Source of the DNA: a virus
Lineage: Duplodnaviria > Caudoviricetes
Direction: 5' to 3' (one strand)
IMG/VR virus record: IMGVR_UViG_3300005077_000059
Coordinates: 1-36,351 of that record
Length of the DNA: 36,351 nucleotides
Shown: positions 1-8,067 of the stretch, one piece after another
How positions within the stretch are numbered: the first letter of the stretch is position 1
Layout: each line of letters starts with the position of its first letter
The notes under the pieces: model-generated
What the model saw: the letters and a program-made list of their open reading frames with translations, nothing else
Databases searched by the model: none
What the model was told of the DNA's origin: nothing
Position numbers and translations under genes: made by a program

Positions 1-99
1 GCGCGCCGCCGCGGACGGCGAGGTTGTGGTAGGCCTGCTCGAGGTCGCGGACCTGGGCCGCCTGCTCGCCCCACTTCAGGAGCTTGTGCGCGGCCGCTA
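1..99. repeat. 99-bp direct terminal repeat, left copy (circular assembly overlap)
   Basis: 1-99 is identical to 36253-36351, and an ORF reads continuously across the join. Confidence 0.97.
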
Positions 100-304
100 C
101 CGTGCCCGCGATCGCGCCAGCGGCGGACAGCGCGCCGCCGTACTGCTGCCAGAGCAGGCGCAGCATGCCGACCTGATTGCCCTGCTCCTCGCTCTCCTTG
201 CCCAGGTCCTTCTCGGCCTTGTGGACGCGCTCGAGGTCGCGCACCGCCTCCAGCGCGTTGACGACCTGGAGCTCCAGCTGGCCCTTGCGGCGGATGTCGA
301 GCAC
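1..304 (-). CDS. Tape measure protein, N-terminal part (continues across the circular junction into 36252..34625; about 643 aa in total)
   Basis: GTG at 304 with GGGAGG Shine-Dalgarno upstream; manual translation MLDIRRKGQLELQVVNALEAVRDLERV...HNLAVRGGAQGAEL joins in frame to MGDLRVATAG at 36238; lies downstream of the tail chaperones. Confidence 0.85.
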   Translation of the reverse strand, partial: MLDIRRKGQLELQVVNALEAVRDLERVHKAEKDLGKESEEQGNQVGMLRLLWQQYGGALSAAGAIAGTVAAAHKLLKWGEQAAQVRDLEQAYHNLAVRGGA

Positions 305-317
305 CTAAACCTCCCGC

Positions 318-416
318 CAGGGTCCATGGATTCGGCCCTGTGAGCTCTGCAGTTGCCCCCGGGGCCACCAGGTGGGGGGTATGGTCGCCGCCTGGCGCCG
401 GACGCCCCGGGGGCGA
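318..416. other. Intergenic inverted repeats (two hairpins)
   Basis: GCCCCCGGGGC (355-365) is the perfect reverse complement of 404-414; inner arms at 368-375/388-395; smaller stem at 318-324/334-340. Confidence 0.6.
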
Positions 417-422
417 TTTCCG

Positions 423-944
423 CTATTCCCTCGTTCGCAGCCTTCTGGCGTCCTCCTCGTTCCGGGCCTCGCGGATCGCCGCGAAGGCGTCCAGGACACG
501 GGCGGGCGGCTCGGCGCCATAGCCGTAGGCCGAGAGGTAGCCGGCCCCGTATTCCCGGGCGCCGCCTTCGAGCTCGGCCAGGTGCCAGTCCTCGCGCTCC
601 ACGAGCGCGGTCGGGCAGACGCAGAGCAGCTCGCAGAGCTCGAGGTAGCTCCGCCCCGGGGTTTCAAGCTTGAGACGGAGCAGCTCGTCGAGCAGCGCCT
701 CGCGCCCAACCGACCGCTCGCCGAACTCCTTGGAGAGCAGCAGGCCGCGGTCGGGGTCCACCTTGGCGACCGGGATCGAGGCCGCCTCGTAGTGCTTGAG
801 GCACTGGCGCCGCTGGCGATCGCGGAAGAGCCCGTGGTGCTCGCACACGTCGCAGCGGTAAACATCCGAGCGCCTCTCGTCAGGTTTCAGCTCGCCCTGC
901 CGGTAGGCCATCTCGACCAGCAGGGCGAGCCTCACGCGTTTTTT
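423..944 (-). CDS. Tail assembly chaperone C-terminal extension (gpT-like), reached by -1 frameshift
   Basis: -1 frame ORF (KKRVRLALLVEMAYRQ...RRLRTRE) overlaps the end of the chaperone at slippery A AAA AAC; lies between tail tube and tape measure. Confidence 0.8.
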   Translation of the reverse strand, partial: KKRVRLALLVEMAYRQGELKPDERRSDVYRCDVCEHHGLFRDRQRRQCLKHYEAASIPVAKVDPDRGLLLSKEFGERSVGREALLDELLRLKLETPGRSYLELCELLCVCPTALVEREDWHLAELEGGAREYGAGYLSAYGYGAEPPARVLDAFAAIREARNEEDARRLRTRE

Positions 945-1330
945 CGGCCGAGCCGGTTGGCCTCCACCACCGCGGCGCAGAGTTCCTGCCGCGCCGGCAA
1001 GGCCAGCTCCTCCAGGTAGTCCTCGAGGTCGCTGTCGGCCTTCGGCTCCCAGCCCTCGCCCATGGGGATCCGGACCAGGCGGACGTGCTTGCGGCACTCG
1101 CGCCAGTGGGCCATCAGGAGCTCCATGCCGTTCAGGTCCTCAAAGAGGCTCCGGCCGGCGGCGCGCAGCCGCTGCTGGGTCAGCAGCAGCCCGCCTTCCT
1201 GGTAGAGCAGCCGGTCGCGCTCCGTGCCGCGGAGCGTGCTGTCGACGCTGAACTCGTGGCCCTCGACGGGCCACGGTTCTCCTTCCGGCCACCACTTCGG
1301 TTGCGCCAGTGTCACGACCTTGAGGCTCAT
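932..1330 (-). CDS. Tail assembly chaperone (gpG-like), 132 aa
   Basis: ATG at 1330 (MSLKVVTLAQPK) after GGAGG; follows the tail tube gene; ends in a slippery site. Confidence 0.8.
   Translation of the reverse strand: MSLKVVTLAQPKWWPEGEPWPVEGHEFSVDSTLRGTERDRLLYQEGGLLLTQQRLRAAGRSLFEDLNGMELLMAHWRECRKHVRLVRIPMGEGWEPKADSDLEDYLEELALPARQELCAAVVEANRLGRKNA
938..944 (-). promoter_or_regulatory. Programmed -1 ribosomal frameshift slippery heptamer A AAA AAC
   Basis: CGA AAA AAC GCG TGA fits X XXY YYZ in the correct frame, just before the chaperone stop. Confidence 0.85.
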
Positions 1331-1347
1331 GCGCCTCCCTCCATCGG

Positions 1348-2415
1348 CTAGGGCCAGGTACCCGGGGTCGTCGGATCGTAGATTTTGAACTCGTAGGGCA
1401 CCGCCGAGCCGTTGCCGGCGCACTCGAGCGTGCCGCGCTCGCCCACGATCGCGTCGCCCTCGAGCGTGGGATCCTCGTGGAAGAACCCGCGGAAGCGCAT
1501 CAGCATGTGGCCGATCGCGCTGGGGTTCGTCCATCCCGCCGAGTAGCCCACGTTCGTGCCGATGATCTCGGTGTAGGTGCGGGCCTTCATCAGCGCCAGG
1601 AGCTTGTCCGCCTGCGCGCTCGAGTCCCAGGGCAGCGACATCTGCACGGTGGCCGCGTAGTCGACGGCGCCGATGATGTAGGGGTGGTCGAGCCCACGCG
1701 CCTCGACGGTGATGGTCGGCGTGAGCGTGACGACGATGTCGCCGCGGGGGTAGATCCGGTCCGCGTCGGTCACGCCGCCCTCAGAGTCGAGATACCAGAG
1801 CCATTCGCTGCTGAGCTTGTCGAGCCAGCCCGCCGTGGTCGGATACGAGAGCGTGCCCGGCACCGAGGCCTGCGTGGTGCTCGAGTCCATGCCCACCGCG
1901 CCCCAGCTCATCCGGGCCGGCCCGCCGCCCTGCCGGAAGGTCAGCGTCAGCGCGTTGCCGACGGCGCCGATGATGTAGTGGTTCACCGAGCCCGTCGCGC
2001 CGGGCTTGTGCCAGAGCGTGAACGTCGCGTTGGCGTTGTCCGGGCTGCCGGCGGGCAGGTAGATCCACTGCTTGCCGCCGGCGACGGGATAGATGCTGAG
2101 CAGCGAGGCGGCGTAGTTGGAGAAGCCGTGCATCGAGCCCAGCACCAGCGAGAGAATCGACAGGTGCAGGTTGTGGCTGAACGAGGCCGAGGCCGGCCGC
2201 ACGCCCATGCTCTGGTGGTCCTGATGCGTCATGAAGGGCAGCCCGAAGCTGCGCCGGTTGTACTCGTAGGTCTTCCCGTGCTGGAGCTTCAGCAGCTGCG
2301 GGTCGACGGGGATGAGCCCTCGCGCATCGGCGATCTTGACGCCGGCGTTGGCCGCACCCGCCGGCGTGCTCTCGCGCCCGATGGCGTAGAGGCTCTGGGT
2401 TTTGATGATGGCCAT
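1348..2415 (-). CDS. Major tail (tube) protein
   Basis: 355 aa, beta-rich, N-terminal YAIGRESTPAG typical of tube proteins; directly upstream of the frameshifting chaperone. Confidence 0.7.
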   Translation of the reverse strand: MAIIKTQSLYAIGRESTPAGAANAGVKIADARGLIPVDPQLLKLQHGKTYEYNRRSFGLPFMTHQDHQSMGVRPASASFSHNLHLSILSLVLGSMHGFSNYAASLLSIYPVAGGKQWIYLPAGSPDNANATFTLWHKPGATGSVNHYIIGAVGNALTLTFRQGGGPARMSWGAVGMDSSTTQASVPGTLSYPTTAGWLDKLSSEWLWYLDSEGGVTDADRIYPRGDIVVTLTPTITVEARGLDHPYIIGAVDYAATVQMSLPWDSSAQADKLLALMKARTYTEIIGTNVGYSAGWTNPSAIGHMLMRFRGFFHEDPTLEGDAIVGERGTLECAGNGSAVPYEFKIYDPTTPGTWP

Positions 2416-2424
2416 GCCTGCCTC

Positions 2425-5055
2425 CTAGATCGTGATGAGGTCCACGAGCAGCGGCCCGTCCGGGAGCGGGAGATCCGGCGTAACCGGATCGCTCCCTGCG
2501 AACTCGTACTCGCGCACTTGGTCCAGGGCGATGTAGTCACCGGCCGCGGTGCCCTGGTCCACCACGGCAAGATACACTCTCACGCCATCGCGCCCCAGGC
2601 TGCGCAGGCTCGACGTGTCGAGCAGGCGCTCTTCGAGCACGTGCGAGTCGCCGCCCGTCACGCGCCAGAGCACGCGCCCGTCGCTCTCGCGCACGAGTGC
2701 GAGGAACTCGCCGGCGAGGTTGGAGGCGCCGGCGATCTTCACGCTCAGCCGGTTGCGCGTGAGCTCCCACGCGGCGCTCTTGATCCAGCCCACGCGCGTG
2801 TAGTCGCCCCAGGCCTGCCCGTTGAGCCCGCGGCCCGGCACGTCCTGCTGGTAGTGCGTGTTTATGTAGCTGTTGCCCTCCATGCCGCTCGCGCCCTCGC
2901 CGCCGGCCGCCGCCTGGTCGCCCCACACCGGCTGCCGGTAGAAGGCGCCGAGCGAGCCCTGCGAGTCCTCCACCGTCCACCGGAGCGAGAGGTCCATCAC
3001 GCCTTCGCGCGTGCCGACGAGCCCGGTCACGCCGCACATCGGCCGGACCGCGGGGTGCTCGCCAACGACGTCGCACGCCGAAAAGTCGAGCTCCACGAGC
3101 GCGATGAAGTAGAAGCCGCCGGGCGTCTCCAGCAGGTGCCCGCTCATGGCGTAGAGCGCGCCGGAGCCGGCGATCTGCACGAGCTCGGAAGCCTCGCCGT
3201 AGGAGCTCCCACTCTCCGAGGGGTAGCCGCCCGCGTTCATCACCAGCGCGCCGCTCGTGGAAGCGCCGAGCCACGGGGGCCCGAGGTAGCTGGCGCCGCT
3301 CTGGTGGCGCGTGCCGGAGCTTCCCTTGGGGAACCAGTGCCAGAGCGGCGGCACCTCGAGGATGTAGCTGCTCTCGAGCTGCCAGCCACCGGCGCTGGTC
3401 GAGACGCAGATGGGAGCGGGCTCGTGAGCGGGCGCGAGCCAGTTGGGCTGCGTGCCACCGGGGAACTTGGCGAGGCCATAGACGGTGTAGCTGGCGTTCG
3501 TGTAGCGCGCGAAGGCTCCGAGGTACCAGTTGCCACCCGAGAAGAACGGGCAAGCGTCGCGCGTGAACCGGTTCCAGTCCGTGTCGTAGTTGTAGGCCCA
3601 GCTCGCCTGCACGCCGCCGACCTTGGTCCAGTAGATCGCCGCGCCGCCGTTGAGCGGCTCCCAGTCGTCGAGGTCGTCAGAGGTGCAGCCGTCGAGGAAA
3701 ATCTTCTGCTCGCTCGTGGAGAGCTGCGTGGTGAGCCACGTGGCGCCCGTGAAGAACATCAGCCACTTGTAGGCCTCGAGGGGCGCGCCGCTCACACCGT
3801 AGTTCGGGTTCGCGAGCACGTGCGGCGCCCACACCTGGCACTTCGGATCGCCGTTCACGCCCGTGCCGATCTCCAGGTCCGCCTGGCGCGTCCACGTGCG
3901 GCAGTCCGTGCTCGTGTAGTGGTCGAAGTACTTGGAGCCCGTCAGCGCGATCGCGCAGCGGATGCCGATCTTGTGGTAGAGGCCGGTGCTCGGAACGTAG
4001 ACCATCGCGTGGTCGTTCATCTTCTCGCCGGCGTCGGCCACGATGAAGCCCTGGTTGAAGTTGAAGGCGACGCCCTCGCCGGGCAGCGTGGGCTCGCTCT
4101 CGCCCTCTTCCTGATACTCGTACTTGTAGCCGGTGAATCGCAGGCTTGCGGCGACGACGTCCATGCCCAGCGTGGGCACGCGCGATGGCGGCAGCACCTG
4201 CTCGCAGCGCGAGAAGGCGAGATAGCCCCCCAGCAGGTTGACGCGCTCCGCGGGCGGGTCGAGCTCGGCCAGGAGGTCCTGCATCAGGTAGCCCGCGTGC
4301 AGCACGAGGTGGTCCTTGCCGCCGACGCTGCCGGCCGGAGTGTCCATGCCCTTGGCGTTGCGCACGAAGAGCGTGATGTCGCAGTCGATGCGCCGGCCGG
4401 TGCGCCCGTGGCCGCCGGCCATGTCGGGCTCGGGCTCGACGTAGCGCACGGAGTGCACGACGATCAGCGCGTCCTTGAACCGCGCCTCGAGCGCCTGGCC
4501 TTCCCGCTCCTCGCCGGTGTCCTTGTCGCCCACCATCACCAGGTAGGCGTCCGGCGCCGCATAGCCGGCCGCGAGCGTGTTGGTGTAGGGCGCGCTCTGG
4601 AGCTCCTGGCGCAGGTAGCTGGCGACGTCGACGAGCATCTTATGCCACCACTCCAGTCGGTAGGTTTCCACTGCCAGCGGCGCGCTCGGCATCACGATCC
4701 CCCGCACGCATAGCCGCCACCAGAGCTCCGTCCCCGTCGCGGGCCAGCCCACCACCGGCGGCACGTCCTCGGGCTTCGTGTACCAGTCGAGCGCAATCTC
4801 CACGTCCATCGCCGTCTCGAGGTGCATCACGCCAGCCCAGTGGCCATAGCCGATCTGCTGGCGCGCCTCCGCGTCGGTGAAGACCTGCACGGCGACCTCG
4901 CCGTCCGTCCCGTCGAAGTTCCGGCAGCTGACCAGCAGCCAGAGCGGCTGCGTGCGCTCCTGCCCGGGGCCGATCCAGCTCAGGTCCTCGTGCGCGATGC
5001 GCAGCAGCTTCGGATGCGCGAACCTGCGATCCCGCTGCAGCCAGCCGTAGCCCAT
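2425..5055 (-). CDS. Putative tail terminator/completion protein fused to a GH32/clan GH-J-like beta-propeller glycoside hydrolase and a C-terminal beta-sandwich
   Basis: Occupies the terminator slot before the tube gene; alpha/beta segment LVDVASYLRQEL...ASLRFTGY; motifs MNDHAM, VWAPHV, TSDDLDDW, TRDACPF, QLESSYI; C-terminal VLWRVTGGDS...YLAVVDQGTAAGDYIALDQV resembles levanase-associated domains. Confidence 0.65.
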   Translation of the reverse strand: MGYGWLQRDRRFAHPKLLRIAHEDLSWIGPGQERTQPLWLLVSCRNFDGTDGEVAVQVFTDAEARQQIGYGHWAGVMHLETAMDVEIALDWYTKPEDVPPVVGWPATGTELWWRLCVRGIVMPSAPLAVETYRLEWWHKMLVDVASYLRQELQSAPYTNTLAAGYAAPDAYLVMVGDKDTGEEREGQALEARFKDALIVVHSVRYVEPEPDMAGGHGRTGRRIDCDITLFVRNAKGMDTPAGSVGGKDHLVLHAGYLMQDLLAELDPPAERVNLLGGYLAFSRCEQVLPPSRVPTLGMDVVAASLRFTGYKYEYQEEGESEPTLPGEGVAFNFNQGFIVADAGEKMNDHAMVYVPSTGLYHKIGIRCAIALTGSKYFDHYTSTDCRTWTRQADLEIGTGVNGDPKCQVWAPHVLANPNYGVSGAPLEAYKWLMFFTGATWLTTQLSTSEQKIFLDGCTSDDLDDWEPLNGGAAIYWTKVGGVQASWAYNYDTDWNRFTRDACPFFSGGNWYLGAFARYTNASYTVYGLAKFPGGTQPNWLAPAHEPAPICVSTSAGGWQLESSYILEVPPLWHWFPKGSSGTRHQSGASYLGPPWLGASTSGALVMNAGGYPSESGSSYGEASELVQIAGSGALYAMSGHLLETPGGFYFIALVELDFSACDVVGEHPAVRPMCGVTGLVGTREGVMDLSLRWTVEDSQGSLGAFYRQPVWGDQAAAGGEGASGMEGNSYINTHYQQDVPGRGLNGQAWGDYTRVGWIKSAAWELTRNRLSVKIAGASNLAGEFLALVRESDGRVLWRVTGGDSHVLEERLLDTSSLRSLGRDGVRVYLAVVDQGTAAGDYIALDQVREYEFAGSDPVTPDLPLPDGPLLVDLITI

Positions 5056-5057
5056 CG

Positions 5058-5558
5058 CTACAGGCTCCGAGGTGTGCGCTTCTCTGCATTGCTAACCACG
5101 CGGTTCATGAACGTCTCCGCGACGCGATCCATCAGCCTGCGATTCCAGCCGATCCGCAGGCGGTTGAGCTCCGGCCGGTTCAGGTAGTCGGCCTGCCCGC
5201 CATCATGCGCGCTGGCCTTGACCGCCTCGAGTTCTGAGATCCCGGCGCCGACGAGCACGCGATCGCGCCCGAGGTTCAGGATCCGCCAGCTCGCCTTGAG
5301 CAGGCCGGTCTTGCCAAAGAGCGTCCGCCCGGTGCGGGCCGTGCCCTTCCGCTTCGCATGCGCCTCGCTCAGCGGCGCGTAGGGCTTGCCATCGCTCAGC
5401 CCGACCTGCGCTTCCATGCTGGACACGATCTCCGCGGCCATCAGTGCGCCCGCCTCTTCCATGGCCTCGCGACGCTGCGGCGTCTGCTCCTCGAGCGTGA
5501 GCCGCAGCTCGCGGAGCATCGGGCCGAGGTCGCCCTTGTACTTCACCACGACGCTCAT
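5058..5558 (-). CDS. Phage virion morphogenesis / neck protein (Mu gpG, P2 gpS-like)
   Basis: ATG at 5558 overlaps the upstream TGA; motifs DGKPYAPLS...AKRK, TGLLKASW and ASAHDGG match the family pattern. Confidence 0.7.
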   Translation of the reverse strand: MSVVVKYKGDLGPMLRELRLTLEEQTPQRREAMEEAGALMAAEIVSSMEAQVGLSDGKPYAPLSEAHAKRKGTARTGRTLFGKTGLLKASWRILNLGRDRVLVGAGISELEAVKASAHDGGQADYLNRPELNRLRIGWNRRLMDRVAETFMNRVVSNAEKRTPRSL

Positions 5559-6301
5559 CCGAGCACCACCGGCCGCGAGCTCACACCGCCAGGCGAGACG
5601 TTCTGGACTTCGGGCGGCGTGCAGGTCAGCGCCCAGCTGTCGCCGCTCGCCCACGCCGGCGAGGCGAGCGCTTCCTGGAACCGCAGCTGCAGGCCGCGCT
5701 CGACGTCCATCCACGAGCCGTCGCGCACGACGAGGTCCGTCCAGATCGCCTCGCCATCCTCGCGCGTCACGGTGATGGTCAGCGTCTCTGCGGCGATCGT
5801 GCCGCCGGCGCTGGTCACCTCGGCCGTGTAGCGATAGGGCGTCTCGCCCTGGAACCTGCCGCCGACGTAGCGCGCCTGCAGGGCGCCGTTCGTGGTCGTG
5901 AGGCTCGCCACGATCCCGACCGCGGCGACCTCGCCGGGCGTCTGCTGCTCTGCGAGCGCCGCGAGGTTGGCGAAGAGCATGGCGAGCTGCCCATAGCCCG
6001 CGTGCCCGAGCGGCGTGCAGGTGAGCCGCCGGCCGGAGTACTCCTCGGGATAGAGGTCGTCGCGCCCCTTCACGCGCCGGCGGGCCACGAGGTCCGCGGC
6101 GAGGCAGGCGCAGGCGTCGACCAGGATCGCATCGTAGGCGCCGGCCTGAGGCTGGACGGGCGTGGGCATCACCGGCGAAAGGAACGCATCGACGAGGCCA
6201 CTGGCCTTGGCGATCTCCGCGTCGCGCGCGACGGTCGTGGTCAGGATCGACGAGGCCTCGGGATAGACGGCCTCGACGTCAGCCCAGGTGCAGTAGGGCA
6301 T
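5555..6301 (-). CDS. Head-tail adaptor (Mu gp36/DUF1320-like) with C-terminal extension
   Basis: MPYCTWADV...IAKASGLVDAFL...LVDACACLAA pattern; directly downstream of the major capsid gene. Confidence 0.65.
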   Translation of the reverse strand: MPYCTWADVEAVYPEASSILTTTVARDAEIAKASGLVDAFLSPVMPTPVQPQAGAYDAILVDACACLAADLVARRRVKGRDDLYPEEYSGRRLTCTPLGHAGYGQLAMLFANLAALAEQQTPGEVAAVGIVASLTTTNGALQARYVGGRFQGETPYRYTAEVTSAGGTIAAETLTITVTREDGEAIWTDLVVRDGSWMDVERGLQLRFQEALASPAWASGDSWALTCTPPEVQNVSPGGVSSRPVVLG

Positions 6302-6325
6302 GATCGCCTCCGGCGCTAGAGTAAC

Positions 6326-6354
6326 GGGGGGCGCCCCGAGTCGGAGCGCCCCCC
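6326..6354 (-). terminator. Hairpin after the major capsid gene (terminator/attenuator or stability element)
   Basis: GGGGGGCGC-CCGA-G-TCGG-GCGCCCCCC stem; only a weak U-tract (GTTACT) on the minus strand. Confidence 0.5.
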
Positions 6355-6385
6355 ACCGTGGCCCCAGGGTGAGGGGGCTTGATGC

Positions 6386-7270
6386 CTAGCTGCCGGTGAC
6401 GATGTTGGAGACCCAGGCGCCGCCGCGCCGGACCACCATGCCGCTGTAGAAGAGCGCGCTCACGGTGTGCGCCGTGAACTCGTCCTCCCAGATCACGCCC
6501 AGCGCGAGCTCGCCGTTGGCGTACTTGTCCGGCGGCAGCTTCGTCTTCTTGAGCTTCAGCTTCAGGCCCGCGCGCGCGTAGATCGCGCTCTTCGCCGTCG
6601 CCCCCGTGCCGTTGCAGGTGTCGTCGACGTAGAGGTCGATCCCGGCGAGCGTGCCCACGTAGCGGGCCCGCGGACCCATCTGGATGTCCACGTTCCACGC
6701 GTTGCCGCTGATCTCCGAGAGCGACTTGGCGCCGATGAGCTGCGCGTAGTGCTCGGGGTGCAGGTGGCAGACCACCTGCCCGGGCGAGTTGATGATCTTG
6801 GCGCGCGCCTCCGCGAAGGCGTCCGCCGTCGCCGCCGCGCCGCCCAGGCTGACGTCGTTGGCCGTGATCGCGTTGACCACGTCGTTGGCCTGCGCGTTCA
6901 GATAGGTCGCGTAGGCGATCCCGGCCTCGAGCTTGATCGCGTCGTCGACGGACCCGGCGCCGTAGGCGACAGCCTCGTTGCTGATGGGGTACTTGAGGAC
7001 CTTCTTCGTGAACGTCACGGTGTCCTTGTCGGCGTCGAACGCCGTATAGGTGGCCGCCACCGCCTCGGCGACCTCGGTGAAGCTCACGGAGTTGGCGTAG
7101 GGCAGGCCCTCGGTCATGCCGCCCTCTTCGGTGACCTCGGCATCGGCGAGCCGGCGCACGAGGTGATGCGGGAAGGCGCTCTGCAGGATCTGGTTGCGGA
7201 CGGGCGTGAGAACGAGCCCGTCGAGCTGAGTCGCGCCGCCGCTCAGCTTGGAAATGTTGGCTACTGCCAT
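6386..7270 (-). CDS. Major capsid protein
   Basis: 294 aa; follows the scaffold; HK97-fold-like features (VCHLHPEHYAQL, YVGTLAGIDLYVDD). Confidence 0.8.
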   Translation of the reverse strand: MAVANISKLSGGATQLDGLVLTPVRNQILQSAFPHHLVRRLADAEVTEEGGMTEGLPYANSVSFTEVAEAVAATYTAFDADKDTVTFTKKVLKYPISNEAVAYGAGSVDDAIKLEAGIAYATYLNAQANDVVNAITANDVSLGGAAATADAFAEARAKIINSPGQVVCHLHPEHYAQLIGAKSLSEISGNAWNVDIQMGPRARYVGTLAGIDLYVDDTCNGTGATAKSAIYARAGLKLKLKKTKLPPDKYANGELALGVIWEDEFTAHTVSALFYSGMVVRRGGAWVSNIVTGS

Positions 7271-7279
7271 GGTAGGCTC

Positions 7280-7966
7280 CTAGCGCTTTACGCGCCCCTC
7301 GGCGATCGCGAGTGCGACTTCCTCGTTGAGCTTGGTGTCGAGCGGGTTCACGGCCTCGATCTCCGCGGCCGTCCAGATCCGCTTGCCACCCTTCTCGGGG
7401 CTCGCACCGCCCTTGCCTCCGAAGCGCTGGCTTCCTTCTCCTCCGGCACCATCGCCGTCGCCGGCGGCGGCACCGTGTGACTTCAAGAAAGCGGCCTGGT
7501 GCCCCTTGGCCTTCTCGACGATCTCCTCGGGAGAGTCGTCGCCATCGGCCTCCTGCATGGCCTGCGCGAGGAAGGCGCGCCCCACCTGGGCATCGTTGCC
7601 CAGCTCGCTCACGCGCAGCCGGCGCTCGCGCGCCGAGAGTTCCGCGGTGTGCTTGGCGTGCACTGCCTGCAGCTCTTCTTTGCTCCCGGCCTTCGCGGCG
7701 TCGAGATCCTTCTTGAGCTGCGCGTTCTCCTGCTCGAGCGTCCGGGCCTTGCCCTTCCACTTCTGCAGGTCGGGCAGCAGCGGGTTCGGCTTGCCATCGC
7801 CGCCGGCTCCGTCGCCGCCGTCCTCGCCTCCGGCTCCCTGGCCGTCGCCCTTGCCGCCTCCAGCGCCGCCGGCACCGCCGTCGCCGCCTTCTCCTGAGCC
7901 CGCGCCTGCGCCGCCCTCCTTGTCGGGGGCGTAAAGCCCTAGCGTCCAGAGCTTCTCCACCAGCAT
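7280..7966 (-). CDS. Capsid scaffolding protein
   Basis: Gly/Asp-rich N-terminus, central coiled coil, Gly-rich linker and short C-terminal helix; directly upstream of the capsid gene. Confidence 0.75.
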   Translation of the reverse strand: MLVEKLWTLGLYAPDKEGGAGAGSGEGGDGGAGGAGGGKGDGQGAGGEDGGDGAGGDGKPNPLLPDLQKWKGKARTLEQENAQLKKDLDAAKAGSKEELQAVHAKHTAELSARERRLRVSELGNDAQVGRAFLAQAMQEADGDDSPEEIVEKAKGHQAAFLKSHGAAAGDGDGAGGEGSQRFGGKGGASPEKGGKRIWTAAEIEAVNPLDTKLNEEVALAIAEGRVKR

Positions 7967-8037
7967 CGTGTTTGCCCTCCTGGGCGTTGTGGCGTCCTTC
8001 TCGTCCGAGCCGGGCGCCTGCCACTAGCCTCGCCCGG

Positions 8038-8067
8038 GGTCTATCCCCGTGCGCAGGGTGCTGTCAA
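8038..8067 (-). promoter_or_regulatory. Putative sigma70-type promoter for scaffold/capsid genes
   Basis: TTGACA-N18-TAGACC; the -35 box contains the TGA stop of the upstream gene. Confidence 0.55.

Noticed and set aside
1-99. Terminal repeat as a biological direct terminal repeat or att site
   Set aside because: It is exactly 99 bp, a common assembler k-mer length, and falls mid-gene, so an assembly overlap is more likely
1477-4713. 1078-aa plus-strand ORF
   Set aside because: Antisense shadow of the tail tube and hydrolase-fusion genes; Arg/Ala/His-rich, no motifs, expected in high-GC coding DNA
7790-7920. GGC/GCC-rich low-complexity repeats
   Set aside because: They encode the Gly-rich N-terminus of the scaffold protein and are not an independent element
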